Shown here: piece after piece, positions 28,197 through 37,305 of the stretch
Layout: every line of letters begins with the position of its first letter
Position numbering within the stretch: the stretch's first letter is position 1
Source of the DNA: Patescibacteria group bacterium
GTDB lineage: Bacteria > Patescibacteriota > Patescibacteriia > UBA9934
DNA length: 64,000 nt
NCBI GenBank assembly: GCA_018062825.1
Contig: JAGORL010000003.1
Location: 72,333-136,332, forward strand
Direction of reading: 5' to 3'
Program-made: the position numbers and the translations under genes
Notes under the pieces: model-generated
Seen by the model: only the letters and a program-made list of their open reading frames with translations
Told to the model about the DNA's origin: nothing
The model's database searches: none

Positions 28197-29723
28197 ATGC
28201 GCATTCCACTTGTTGATCGTTTTCTTGATGGCATCACGATGTATCGTTTGATGCTTTATGGTTTGAGTTTGATTGCGTTTGCGGCGATTGTTTTTGGATT
28301 CTTGGGAGTTTTGTCGTATTCGGGGTTGGCGTTACTTGTGTCGCTTGGTGTTTTGTTTGTGAGCGCGTACGCAAGTAATTTTATTTTGGCGAAGTTGTAC
28401 GGAGTGACTACTAACGCCGAGTCTTCAGCGATCACTGCACTTATCTTGTTCTTCTTGTTCATGCCGGCGACAAGCGCAAAAGAATTTGCTGTGCTTGTGC
28501 TTGCAGCGGTGATCGCCATGGCTTCCAAGTACGTTTTAGCGTATCGCGGCCGTCATTTATTTAATCCAGTTGCCGTGGCGGCGGTTGTATTTGGTTTTAG
28601 CGCGACAAGTGCGGCGATATGGTGGGTAGCAACGCCGACGCTACTTCCTTACACGCTTTTGTTTGGCTTCTTAGTTGTTCGTAAGATTGAGCGATTTGCT
28701 CTTGTTGGTTCGTTTACCGCGCTAGCGCTTATTGGCGTTGGAGTGATGGGTGTTCAGGCGGGCATGACAGCTATGCAGATTGTGCAGTTGGCGTTTGTTT
28801 CGTGGCCAATCATTTTCTTCAGCACAGTCATGCTTACTGAGCCGATTACTACTCCGCCAAGACAAAAGTTGCAGGCAGCCTATGGAGCGATTGTTGGTGT
28901 TATTTTTTCATCACAGCTTCATATCGGGCCATTTTTCGCCACACCTGAACTAGCTCTTATCATTGGAAATATCTTTTCCTATGCGGTTAGCAGTAAGGAG
29001 CGTTTAACGCTTGTCTTTAAGGAGAAGCGTCGTTTAGCAAATGATATTTACGAGTTTGTTTTTACGCCGAATAGAAAGATGGCGTTTAAACCTGGTCAGT
29101 ATGCTGAGTGGACGCTTGCGCACAATCCATCTGACACACGAGGCAATCGACGATATTTTACGATAGCCTCATCGCCAACAGAGCACGAGATGCTTCTTGG
29201 TGTGCGTTTACTTGCAGAGGGTGGCAGTAGCTTTAAAAAGTCACTGTATGAGATGAAAAAAGGCGACACGTTGTATGCCGGTCAATTCGCTGGTGATTTT
29301 ACCCTTCCCGCTGATCCAATAAAGAAGCTTGTTTTTATCGCGGGTGGTATTGGGGTGACGCCGTTTCGTAGCATGCTCGCGTATTTACGTGACACAAAGC
29401 AGAAGCGCGATATTGTCATGCTTTACTCGTGTAAAACTCCGGAAGATGTGGCGTACGAAAAGTTTTTCCGTGATATATCAGAAGTTGTTGGATTGCAGCT
29501 TGTTTGTACCGTGACAGACGCTGGTACTTCGGGAACTTGGACTGGGGAACAGGGAATGATCGACGCGGGATTTGTAAAACGAGCCATTCCTGATTTTACT
29601 GAGCGCCACTTTTTCATTTCTGGTCCACCGATGATGGTTAAGGGCATTGATACTTCACTCAGGGCCATGGGAGTTACTCGAAATAAAATTACAACTGACT
29701 TTTTCCCAGGATTTGGTGGTTAA
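28197..29723 (+). CDS. Fusion protein: polytopic membrane domain (RnfD/NqrB-like?) joined to a ferredoxin-NADP-reductase-type FAD/NAD(P)-binding domain
   Basis: About 260 aa of TM helices (FNPVAVAAVVFGF) followed by an FNR-like module (RRYFTIASSP; GGIGVTPFRSML). Confidence 0.6.
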   Translation: MRIPLVDRFLDGITMYRLMLYGLSLIAFAAIVFGFLGVLSYSGLALLVSLGVLFVSAYASNFILAKLYGVTTNAESSAITALILFFLFMPATSAKEFAVLVLAAVIAMASKYVLAYRGRHLFNPVAVAAVVFGFSATSAAIWWVATPTLLPYTLLFGFLVVRKIERFALVGSFTALALIGVGVMGVQAGMTAMQIVQLAFVSWPIIFFSTVMLTEPITTPPRQKLQAAYGAIVGVIFSSQLHIGPFFATPELALIIGNIFSYAVSSKERLTLVFKEKRRLANDIYEFVFTPNRKMAFKPGQYAEWTLAHNPSDTRGNRRYFTIASSPTEHEMLLGVRLLAEGGSSFKKSLYEMKKGDTLYAGQFAGDFTLPADPIKKLVFIAGGIGVTPFRSMLAYLRDTKQKRDIVMLYSCKTPEDVAYEKFFRDISEVVGLQLVCTVTDAGTSGTWTGEQGMIDAGFVKRAIPDFTERHFFISGPPMMVKGIDTSLRAMGVTRNKITTDFFPGFGG

Positions 29724-30586
29724 GCGGTAAATAATTTAGCAGGGAAATTCGGCGAGCGTACTGCCTCGCCGTTTTCTTTTAGATAACAATAGGAAAATGG
29801 CGCAATGGCGAGTAGCTTTTCCGGGGAGGTGAAGAAAAGGGCTGTGGCTAGTCCGTCTGCGGTCATGGCGTCTTTGGCGATTACCCAGGTAGCGATAATC
29901 GCACTTGGTGAGGCAAGAGTGTGGGGATTGATTGTGTGATTAAAACGATCCCAGGTACGACGATTGCCGGCTGAACCGCAGAGGCTTTGATTTTGAATCG
30001 CCGCCACGCCGATAATCTCCTTAGTGTTGTTTGGATTTTCAAGACCAACAGAAATAGGTTTTTGACCGTGTTGCTTCATGTCGCCGCCGGCATCGACACA
30101 ATATTCATGAATATTAAAGCCTTCGATAATTTCACAGACAAGATCGACAAGGTACCCCTTGCCGGCTGCGCCAATATCTAACATGACCGGTTCATGCACG
30201 GTGAGGATGGGGTTTTTCCACGATAGGACTTCTGACCAGTCTTTTGGTCGACTTAAGACGGCTTTTGGTTTCAAGGAGTAGGTGGCATCGTAACCGGCAT
30301 CGATGAGGGTATTGCCGATTAGTGGTGTGACCGCGCCATTTGTCGCCTCGTAGAGTTTTTTATAAAAGGTGAAGAGTTTGTCCGCATCGCTTGGAAAGGT
30401 GTGTAATCCTTTATTTTGTGCGATGTGACTTACGAGTGAGTCATTGCGAAAGCGAGAGTAGACATGATCAAAATCCGCGATGCGTTCGCGGATTTTGATT
30501 TCGAGTGCGGTACGAATTGTGGTATCGAGCGTGTTTGGTAGATCGATTTCCCAGTGCGTACCAATGGCTTCAAACGACCAGGCCAT
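29720..30586 (-). CDS. apbE: FAD:protein FMN transferase (ApbE family)
   Basis: ApbE-family pattern (DIGAAGKGY, CGSAGN) and ~290 aa length. Confidence 0.7.
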   Translation of the reverse strand: MAWSFEAIGTHWEIDLPNTLDTTIRTALEIKIRERIADFDHVYSRFRNDSLVSHIAQNKGLHTFPSDADKLFTFYKKLYEATNGAVTPLIGNTLIDAGYDATYSLKPKAVLSRPKDWSEVLSWKNPILTVHEPVMLDIGAAGKGYLVDLVCEIIEGFNIHEYCVDAGGDMKQHGQKPISVGLENPNNTKEIIGVAAIQNQSLCGSAGNRRTWDRFNHTINPHTLASPSAIIATWVIAKDAMTADGLATALFFTSPEKLLAIAPFSYCYLKENGEAVRSPNFPAKLFTA

Positions 30587-31068
30587 TAGACTTTGGCCTC
30601 GGTTTTAATCTCGGCAACAGCTTCATTGAAGCCGCTAGGAGTAAGTGATGATCCGGAAACTTTATCAAGCTTTACTTCATCCAAGCTTTTGCCAACAACG
30701 GCGGCACTTAGTCCATTTGAGAACTGTGTCTGCCAGTTTACTGAGGCTGGAAGCGTTGCTTGCACCTCGGCGCTTGCCGCGGTTATGATTCCGTTTTCAA
30801 GGGTGAGCGTGATGCCAACGGTTTCTGGGCCGCCTGGAGAGATGTAGTCGCCAGTAGCTGAATACGTGCCATCTTTGTAAGAGTTGTTGGTAGTGTTTGT
30901 GCCATTTGCGTTTGTATCGGTACCGTTATTTGCAGTTTCTGGGGCAGGAGTTGTTTCGACCGCTGTTTTTTGCGACAGGGCGTAGACGCCGGCGCCGATT
31001 GCTAGTACGACCGCACCAGAGATAACGATTGTAGGAACGCTCACATTCTGCTGCTTTGCATCACTCAT
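30586..31068 (-). CDS. Secreted or membrane-anchored FMN-binding-domain protein, likely flavinylation substrate
   Basis: N-terminal TM/signal, low-complexity linker, C-terminal FMN_bind-like segment with a DKVSGSSLT motif resembling the S/TGAT flavinylation site. Start overlaps the apbE stop. Confidence 0.5.
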   Translation of the reverse strand: MSDAKQQNVSVPTIVISGAVVLAIGAGVYALSQKTAVETTPAPETANNGTDTNANGTNTTNNSYKDGTYSATGDYISPGGPETVGITLTLENGIITAASAEVQATLPASVNWQTQFSNGLSAAVVGKSLDEVKLDKVSGSSLTPSGFNEAVAEIKTEAKV

Positions 31069-31193
31069 ACCGAAGGGGAAATAGTTAAGTGCTATACATT
31101 ATATACTAACTCGTTTACATGCTTGTTACAAGCCTGCGTACACAGGAACGTTACCATTGAAGTAATACGTTACGCCTCGCAACTTCTTTCACG

Positions 31194-31625
31194 TTACTTG
31201 TCCTTAGCGTCAGTATTATTGATTACGATGTCGGCGTACGCTAAATCTGCACTGTGAAATGGGCGGTTTGGTCGCTTGATGAAGATCTTTATATCGACAT
31301 CACGAAAAGGAAGGCCCTCATTTTCCACGAAAATAACGGCGCCCTTTTTAGAGCTGTCGTTTAAAAAATAAGGTCGTCTTTCTTCGATGTCTTGAGTTGT
31401 ACTCATTGTGGCTACTTTGAATCCTTTGCTATGCAGTCCTTGGGAGAGATTTTTCAGTAAATGTGTTTTTCCGACGTTGACGCCACTTCCGTAGATTGCA
31501 ATAACAACCTCGTCTTGTTGGGTGAGTGCCTCCTTTATTTTTTCTAAACTTTGTTGCACCCCTCTTTCGAATGACAGCTCAACGTGTTCTTTGCGTAAGT
31601 CTCGTGTGGGTTCTTTTCGTTCCAT
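31194..31625 (-). CDS. Small P-loop NTPase/kinase-like protein
   Basis: Walker A GSGVNVGKTHLL. Start set at the internal Met (31625) because the longer ORF would run into tRNA-Ser. Confidence 0.45.
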   Translation of the reverse strand: MERKEPTRDLRKEHVELSFERGVQQSLEKIKEALTQQDEVVIAIYGSGVNVGKTHLLKNLSQGLHSKGFKVATMSTTQDIEERRPYFLNDSSKKGAVIFVENEGLPFRDVDIKIFIKRPNRPFHSADLAYADIVINNTDAKDK

Positions 31626-31737
31626 AGTGGTTGTAGTGTAACAAAACAACCCCATGAAGGGTTGTTTTTTGTCACATTGGTGCGACGTTGTTGATTCGTC
31701 GTTCGTGACGACGAGGGTACGTTGGTCGCGACCGACG

Positions 31738-31827
<90 letters not shown>

Positions 31828-31946
31828 AAAAACCTACCCAAGTTGGCTATCTACTGTGTCGTCGATATTCGACTCGGCCTCTTCGTACTTATCAGTACGA
31901 TTTGGCCTGCGTCGTATCGTCTCTTTGTATATAGCCAACTTAGTAG
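31828..31946. repeat. tRNA-abutting structured element, copy 1
   Basis: Begins AAAACCT immediately at the tRNA-Ser 5' boundary and ends AGGTTTTT. A ~22-bp imperfect terminal inverted repeat encloses a ~75-nt core that is ~70% identical to copy 2 at 49910-50040. Confidence 0.6.
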
Positions 31947-32113
31947 GTTTTTATCGTGCGTCATTACTGTTTCTGTTTCAAACTATAGCTATTTGCTATG
32001 TTGTGAATTGCTTGATGAACTTGCTTTTAAGCGACATTACTTTAGTGCAGGTGACGTAATTTCGCAACTATGGTTTTATGGTGAGGTTTCATTTGCGTTA
32101 TACTTTTACTACT

Positions 32114-32977
32114 ATGCAGATTCGCAAAGCGATTATTCCGGTAGCTGGTATGGGGACACGATTCCTGCCCGCAACCAAGGCTCAGCCAAAAGAAATGTTG
32201 CCGGTCGTTGATAAGCCTGTTATTCAATACATCGTTGAAGAGGCGGTGGCGGCTGGTATTGAGGAGATTATTTTCGTGACCGCCATGGGCAAGAGGGCGC
32301 TTGAAGATCATTTTGATCGTAACTTTGAACTTGAGTATCGCTTAGAGCAAAAGAAGAAGCTTAAGGAGCTTGAGAGTGTGCAGCGTATAGGTAAGCTTGC
32401 TCGTTTTGCTTTCGTTCGTCAGCAAAAGCCACTTGGGGATGGTCATGCAATTTTAGCGGCTGCGCCTTTTGTTGGGAAAGATGAAGCGGTAGCTGTGTTA
32501 TTTGGTGATGACATTATTACCGGGAAACAACCGGCTATTGGTCAACTTATTGATGTTTACAATAAGTATCAGGATCCCGTGGTAGCTATTCAGGAGGTGC
32601 CGAAACAAAGTGTTTCTAGTTATGGTGTTATTGACGGTACAAAATTGGATGCGCATACCTGGCAGGTTCAGGATTTTATGGAGAAGCCTGATCCGAAAGA
32701 CGCTCCATCAAACTTGGCTGCTGTCGGAAGATATGTGATTACGCCAGAGATCATGCAGATTTTGGTTGATCAAAAACCGGGTAAGGATGGCGAGATTCGT
32801 TTAGCTGATGCCTTCATGACGTTTTTGAAGGAGCGACCAATGTATGGCTGTAAGTTTGAAGGCAATCGATATGATTGCGGAAATAAGTTGCAGTTCATCA
32901 TTGCACAAATTGAACTTGGACTTGAGCACGGTGAGGTGAAGGCTGAGCTTGCTAAGTACTTGAAGAAGATGAAATAG
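32114..32977 (+). CDS. galU: UTP-glucose-1-phosphate uridylyltransferase
   Basis: N-terminal signature KAIIPVAGMGTRFLPATKAQPKEMLPVVDKPVIQY and the expected length. Confidence 0.85.
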   Translation: MQIRKAIIPVAGMGTRFLPATKAQPKEMLPVVDKPVIQYIVEEAVAAGIEEIIFVTAMGKRALEDHFDRNFELEYRLEQKKKLKELESVQRIGKLARFAFVRQQKPLGDGHAILAAAPFVGKDEAVAVLFGDDIITGKQPAIGQLIDVYNKYQDPVVAIQEVPKQSVSSYGVIDGTKLDAHTWQVQDFMEKPDPKDAPSNLAAVGRYVITPEIMQILVDQKPGKDGEIRLADAFMTFLKERPMYGCKFEGNRYDCGNKLQFIIAQIELGLEHGEVKAELAKYLKKMK

Positions 32978-33027
32978 GGTATAGAGAAGGGAGTAGGAAG
33001 TAGTTAGTAGGGGGGGGTAGTGCGAGG

Positions 33028-33062
33028 AAAAGAGCACGCGACGATGAGTCGGTGCTCTTTTG
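33028..33062 (+). terminator. Intrinsic terminator of galU
   Basis: AAAAGAGCACGCGACGATGAGTCGGTGCTCTTTTG. Confidence 0.6.
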
Positions 33063-33082
33063 ATTTCTGTTACAATACAATC

Positions 33083-34477
33083 ACTATGCGCATGCGAAGA
33101 ATTTTTGGCGCCGTCCTTCTTGGCGCAACACTTGTCATGGTAGGTGCTGGCTGTAGTGGTGATAGTGCAAGTACGGCAAATACCACTAAGCCGGTAACGC
33201 TTACCTATTGGCGAGTATTTGATGATGAAGATGCATTTACTGAGATCATTTCTTCTTATCGAGTTTTGCATCCGAACGTAAAGATTGAGTATCGCAAACT
33301 CCGTGCAGAAGAATATGAGGAAGAGCTTTTGAAGGCGCTCGCAAAAGGTGAGGGGCCAGATATTTTTTCTGTACACAATTCACGTGTAGCTGAGTTCCAG
33401 GATCTTTTGCAGCCAATGCCGGCATCCGTACAGATTTCTACGCTTGAAGTTCAGGGATCGCTTCGTAAAGAGACGGTCTATGTACCAAAGACTGTTACGT
33501 TGTATACGCAAAAGCAATTGGAACAGCAATTTGTTGATGTTGTAGCTGAGGACGCGGTATTGCCGTATCAGCCTGATGAAGATACGCCTGCTACTGACCG
33601 TATTTACGGTTTGCCACTTTCGGTAGACACAATGGCGCTTTATTACAATCAGGATCTTCTTAACGCGGCTGGCATTGCCGAGCCACCAACTACTTGGGAT
33701 GCGTTTCAAGAGGCAGTGATTAAGCTTACAAAGATTGATGCCAATGGTCAGGTTACGCAGTCCGGTGCCGCGCTTGGTACATCTGAGAACGTTGAGCGAT
33801 CAAGTGATATTTTGGCACTTCTCATGATGCAGAATGGCACGCAGATGACTGATGATCGGGGGCGGGTTGCCTTTCAGACTATTCCGGTAGGAACGGAGCG
33901 CGGTGTTTTTCCAGCGCTTGATGCTACGCGTTTCTATACTGATTTTGCCAACCCAGCTAAAGAAACATATACCTGGAACGATAGCTTCCCGAATTCGTTT
34001 GATGCTTTTACTCGTGGTCAAACGGCTTTTTTCCTTGGTTATAGTTATCATGCGCCACTTATTACCGCGGCTAATCCGAAATTACGTTTTGAAGTTAGTG
34101 CGGCGCCACAGATTTCCGGTGGTCGACAGGTTAATTATGCTAACTACTGGATAGAAGGCGTTTCTAAGAATACAGATGCGAGTAACTATGCTTGGGATTT
34201 TCTCGCGTACGCTGCTAAGGCTGAGAATGTAGCTTCATATCTTGAGGAGGCCCAAAAACCTACGGCGCTTAGGAGCGTGATCAATGCGCAGCTTGAGGAT
34301 GATTTTCTAGGTGTATTTGCTTCCCAGATTCTTCTTGCAGATTCTTGGTATCACGGAAAGGATGCGCTTGCAGCTGAACAGGCGTTCTATGATCTTATTG
34401 ATGCGATTTTGAACGGCTCAGCTGAACCGGAAGATGAGGTAGAGTCAGCGGCTCGTATTATTTCGCAGACGTATTAG
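33083..34477 (+). CDS. ABC transporter extracellular solute-binding lipoprotein (family 1, sugar-type)
   Basis: Lipoprotein signal peptide (LVMVGAGCSG) followed by an SBP_bac_1-like fold. Start placed at a Met preceding the signal peptide. Confidence 0.7.
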   Translation, partial: TMRMRRIFGAVLLGATLVMVGAGCSGDSASTANTTKPVTLTYWRVFDDEDAFTEIISSYRVLHPNVKIEYRKLRAEEYEEELLKALAKGEGPDIFSVHNSRVAEFQDLLQPMPASVQISTLEVQGSLRKETVYVPKTVTLYTQKQLEQQFVDVVAEDAVLPYQPDEDTPATDRIYGLPLSVDTMALYYNQDLLNAAGIAEPPTTWDAFQEAVIKLTKIDANGQVTQSGAALGTSENVERSSDILALLMMQNGTQMTDDRGRVAFQTIPVGTERGVFPALDATRFYTDFANPAKETYTWNDSFPNSFDAFTRGQTAFFLGYSYHAPLITAANPKLRFEVSAAPQISGGRQVNYANYWIEGVSKNTDASNYAWDFLAYAAKAENVASYLEEAQKPTALRSVINAQLEDDFLGVFASQILLADSWYHGKDALAAEQAFYDLIDAILNGSAEPEDEVESAARIISQTY

Positions 34478-34501
34478 GAAGTAGTTAGTAGGGAGTATTT
34501 G

Positions 34502-34527
34502 CAAAAAAGCCCTGACGGGCTTTTTTG
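34502..34527 (+). terminator. Intrinsic terminator of the solute-binding-protein gene
   Basis: AAAAAAGCCCTGACGGGCTTTTTTG. Confidence 0.65.
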
Positions 34528-34548
34528 CTTGGTGTATACTTTTTGTAT

Positions 34549-35067
34549 ATGCAGGGTCGACGCGCCTTTTTTTTCATCCCGATTGTTCTTGGCTTGTTCT
34601 TTAGTTTTGTACCGGTGCAAGTTCAAGCGCAGGGTGAGGTTGAATCAGAATTTCAGGATATTTTAAGTCAGGGAATTGTCTTTGCCGGCATCTGTGATAG
34701 CGCCACGGCTCCATGTGCGTGTCGGGATGTTGGCCAGTGTCAGTTGGATGATATTTTGCAGTTATTTGTGAATGTGAGCATTCTGATTCTTGGTATCAGC
34801 GGATCGATCGTGCTTCTCATGTTTGTATGGGGTGGCTTGCAGTGGATTTTATCGCAAGGCAATCCAAGCATGATTGAAAGTGGTAAAAATACCATGATTA
34901 ATGCTGCTATTGGTCTGGCGATTATTTTCGGCTCGTACGCTATGATCAATATTCTTATTTCTGTAGCGACCGGGCAAGGTCCGGCAGCTTCGCCAACGAT
35001 TGAGGGCACTATTGAAGGCGCGGTTCCTGGTAGTAATCCTGGTGCGGTAGTTAATACCGTTGAATAA
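34549..35067 (+). CDS. TrbC/VirB2-like pilin-family protein, paralog 1 of 6
   Basis: Signal peptide, Cys-containing variable region, then conserved TM1-(WGGLQWILSQGNP)-basic loop-TM2, shared with the next five genes. Confidence 0.6.
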   Translation: MQGRRAFFFIPIVLGLFFSFVPVQVQAQGEVESEFQDILSQGIVFAGICDSATAPCACRDVGQCQLDDILQLFVNVSILILGISGSIVLLMFVWGGLQWILSQGNPSMIESGKNTMINAAIGLAIIFGSYAMINILISVATGQGPAASPTIEGTIEGAVPGSNPGAVVNTVE

Positions 35068-35071
35068 ACAT

Positions 35072-35434
35072 ATGATGCTTTTAAAACGTATTTCACAAAT
35101 TGGCGTTTCCATTGGATTGTTTCTGTTCCCATTTTTTGTTCACGCTCAGGCGGTGACACTCATTAACCCACTTGGTGAAGGGAGCAATGATCCACGTTTA
35201 CTTATTGGACGTTTGATTGCGGCGGTTCTTTCGATTGTTGGTTCTTTGGCATTACTTATGTTCCTGTATGGTGGTCTTATTTGGATTACCTCAATGGGTG
35301 AGAGTGATAAGGTTATGAAGGGTAAGAAGATCCTTATTTGGGCTACCCTTGGCCTGGTTATTGTGGCGAGCGCCTACGTAATTGTGAATGCCATTATTCT
35401 TGGTTTGACGACGGGAAATGTAACCACCACTTAG
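35072..35434 (+). CDS. TrbC/VirB2-like pilin-family protein, paralog 2
   Basis: LLMFLYGGLIWITSMGESDKVMKGKKILIWATLGLVIVASAY; same architecture. Confidence 0.6.
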   Translation: MMLLKRISQIGVSIGLFLFPFFVHAQAVTLINPLGEGSNDPRLLIGRLIAAVLSIVGSLALLMFLYGGLIWITSMGESDKVMKGKKILIWATLGLVIVASAYVIVNAIILGLTTGNVTTT

Positions 35435-35505
35435 CAGCAATGAGGAATCATACACACCTACCGTCAGAGTCTAGGAATTCATGTATAATATAAAAAAATT
35501 AACCT

Positions 35506-35928
35506 ATGCCTATGATCAAGTCTTTGGTACGTCTCGGGATGAGTGTTGCGCTCGGTTTGGCACTTGCTCTTCCGTTCCTCCGTTTGGCTCCATCAGCAAT
35601 CTCGGTTGCTCATGCTCAGCCACTTGATTCGGGAGATTTCTTGTCAGATGACTTTTCTGACTCTACGGGCCTTGGTCAGAGTGACTTGCAGACGACAATT
35701 GGTAATTTGATCCGCGTTGCCCTTGGTTTTCTTGGTGTGATCGCGGTATGTATCATCTTGTTCGGTGGTTTTAAGTGGATGGTAGCAGGTGGTAATGATG
35801 AGAAGGTTGCCGAGGCTAAGCGCTTGCTCATTGCTGGCGTTATCGGTCTAGCCATTATTTTGTCCGCTTACGCAATTGCTTCGTTCCTACTCACTTCAAT
35901 CTTGAACGCCTCAACCGATTCGCTCTAG
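35506..35928 (+). CDS. TrbC/VirB2-like pilin-family protein, paralog 3
   Basis: ILFGGFKWMVAGGNDEKVAEAKRLLIAGVIGLAIILSAYAI. A TATAAT box lies upstream, so it may have its own promoter. Confidence 0.6.
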   Translation: MPMIKSLVRLGMSVALGLALALPFLRLAPSAISVAHAQPLDSGDFLSDDFSDSTGLGQSDLQTTIGNLIRVALGFLGVIAVCIILFGGFKWMVAGGNDEKVAEAKRLLIAGVIGLAIILSAYAIASFLLTSILNASTDSL

Positions 35929-35974
35929 GTTTTTTACTAACGGTTCTCCTGAACAAATGTTCAGGGGTTCCGCT

Positions 35975-36388
35975 ATGAAGAAACTCGCTGTTGCAGCACT
36001 ATTTTCGATCGGCTTTTTGCTGCCGGGTATTTCTTTGGCACAGCTTTCTCCAGGTGATAACTATGGTTTGAATGATACGGCGCAGGCCGGATACGGTGAG
36101 GGCGTGACCAGCAATAGCAATATCGGCACTTATCTTGGTACTTATATTATTCAGCCAGTACTTGGTTTGATGGGTATTTTGTTTCTTTTACTGACAGTGT
36201 ATGCGGGATTTTTGTGGATGACAGCCCAAGGTGATGATAGCAAGGTTAAGAAAGCAAAAGATATTTTGGTGGCGGCGGTTATTGGGGCGGTGATCATGGC
36301 TTCAGCTTATGTTCTGACTGCGGCAGTTTTTAACGCCTTGAGCACGGGTAGTATTACAGCTGCGGCAACTACTTCTACCCAAGAATAG
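35975..36388 (+). CDS. TrbC/VirB2-like pilin-family protein, paralog 4
   Basis: LLLTVYAGFLWMTAQGDDSKVKKAKDILVAAVIGAVIMASAYVL. Confidence 0.6.
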   Translation: MKKLAVAALFSIGFLLPGISLAQLSPGDNYGLNDTAQAGYGEGVTSNSNIGTYLGTYIIQPVLGLMGILFLLLTVYAGFLWMTAQGDDSKVKKAKDILVAAVIGAVIMASAYVLTAAVFNALSTGSITAAATTSTQE

Positions 36389-36391
36389 TGT

Positions 36392-36787
36392 ATGAAAATT
36401 TCCCGCTCACTTATTTTGACACTTATTTTATCAGTTGTTTTATTTATTCCAGCCGTTGTTTTTGGGCAGTTTACTGACGGACTACCTGACGTCGCTGACG
36501 CCACTCAAGGTGGTTATAATGCAAATTCTAGCTTAGCCGGTACGATTGGTTTACTTATTCAAGCATTTTTGGGAATTTTGGGAGTAATTTTTTTACTCCT
36601 TACTATTTATGCTGGCTTCCTTTGGATGACGGCAGCTGGTGATGATGGCAAGGTCAAGCAGGCCAAAGAAACGCTCGTGCGAGCAGTGATAGGTATGGTG
36701 ATCGTGCTCGCTGCCTACAGTATTACTTTCTTTGTGCTGGGTTATGTTGCAGCTGCCACGTCACAGACGATTATTGGAGGTGTTTAA
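36392..36787 (+). CDS. TrbC/VirB2-like pilin-family protein, paralog 5
   Basis: LLLTIYAGFLWMTAAGDDGKVKQAKETLVRAVIGMVIVLAAYSI. Confidence 0.6.
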   Translation: MKISRSLILTLILSVVLFIPAVVFGQFTDGLPDVADATQGGYNANSSLAGTIGLLIQAFLGILGVIFLLLTIYAGFLWMTAAGDDGKVKQAKETLVRAVIGMVIVLAAYSITFFVLGYVAAATSQTIIGGV

Positions 36788-36822
36788 TAATGTGATACAC
36801 TATATTCATAATTAAAAGCACT

Positions 36823-37215
36823 ATGATTTCTACTTTAAAGAAGGTGTTCGTAGCTGGTGCGCTTGCTCTTTTGCCGTTTGGCGTTGCCGCTGTTCCTAGC
36901 GTGCACGCACAAAGTGCACTTGAGTCTACTTTGGATGATGTTCAGGCAGAATCAGGATTAGGTGATCAGGATTTGACTACCACCCTTGGTATGCTTATCC
37001 AGGCCATGCTTGGACTCCTGGGTGTTATTTTCCTGGTACTTATCATCTACGCTGGTTTCCTTTGGATGACAGCGGGTGGTGATGAGGGCAAGGTTAGCAC
37101 GGCTAAGGACATCATGATCCGTTCGGTGGTGGGCTTGGTGATCTTGCTCTCAGCGTACGCGATCAGTAGCTTCGTTATTGATGCGCTTATCGAGGCGACC
37201 GGTTCCGGTTCCTAA
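36823..37215 (+). CDS. TrbC/VirB2-like pilin-family protein, paralog 6
   Basis: LVLIIYAGFLWMTAGGDEGKVSTAKDIMIRSVVGLVILLSAYAI. Confidence 0.6.
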   Translation: MISTLKKVFVAGALALLPFGVAAVPSVHAQSALESTLDDVQAESGLGDQDLTTTLGMLIQAMLGLLGVIFLVLIIYAGFLWMTAGGDEGKVSTAKDIMIRSVVGLVILLSAYAISSFVIDALIEATGSGS

Positions 37216-37222
37216 TCAATTT

Positions 37223-37254
37223 AAAAAGACCTGCGGAAACCGCGGGTCTTTTTT
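37223..37254 (+). terminator. Intrinsic terminator closing the pilin array
   Basis: AAAAAGACCTGCGGAAACCGCGGGTCTTTTTT. It is nearly identical to the terminator at 50054-50085. Confidence 0.7.
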
Positions 37255-37305
37255 GTTTTATAAATAGCGAACGCCCCAGTTCTCCGAAGAGAATGGGGCG
37301 TGAGA

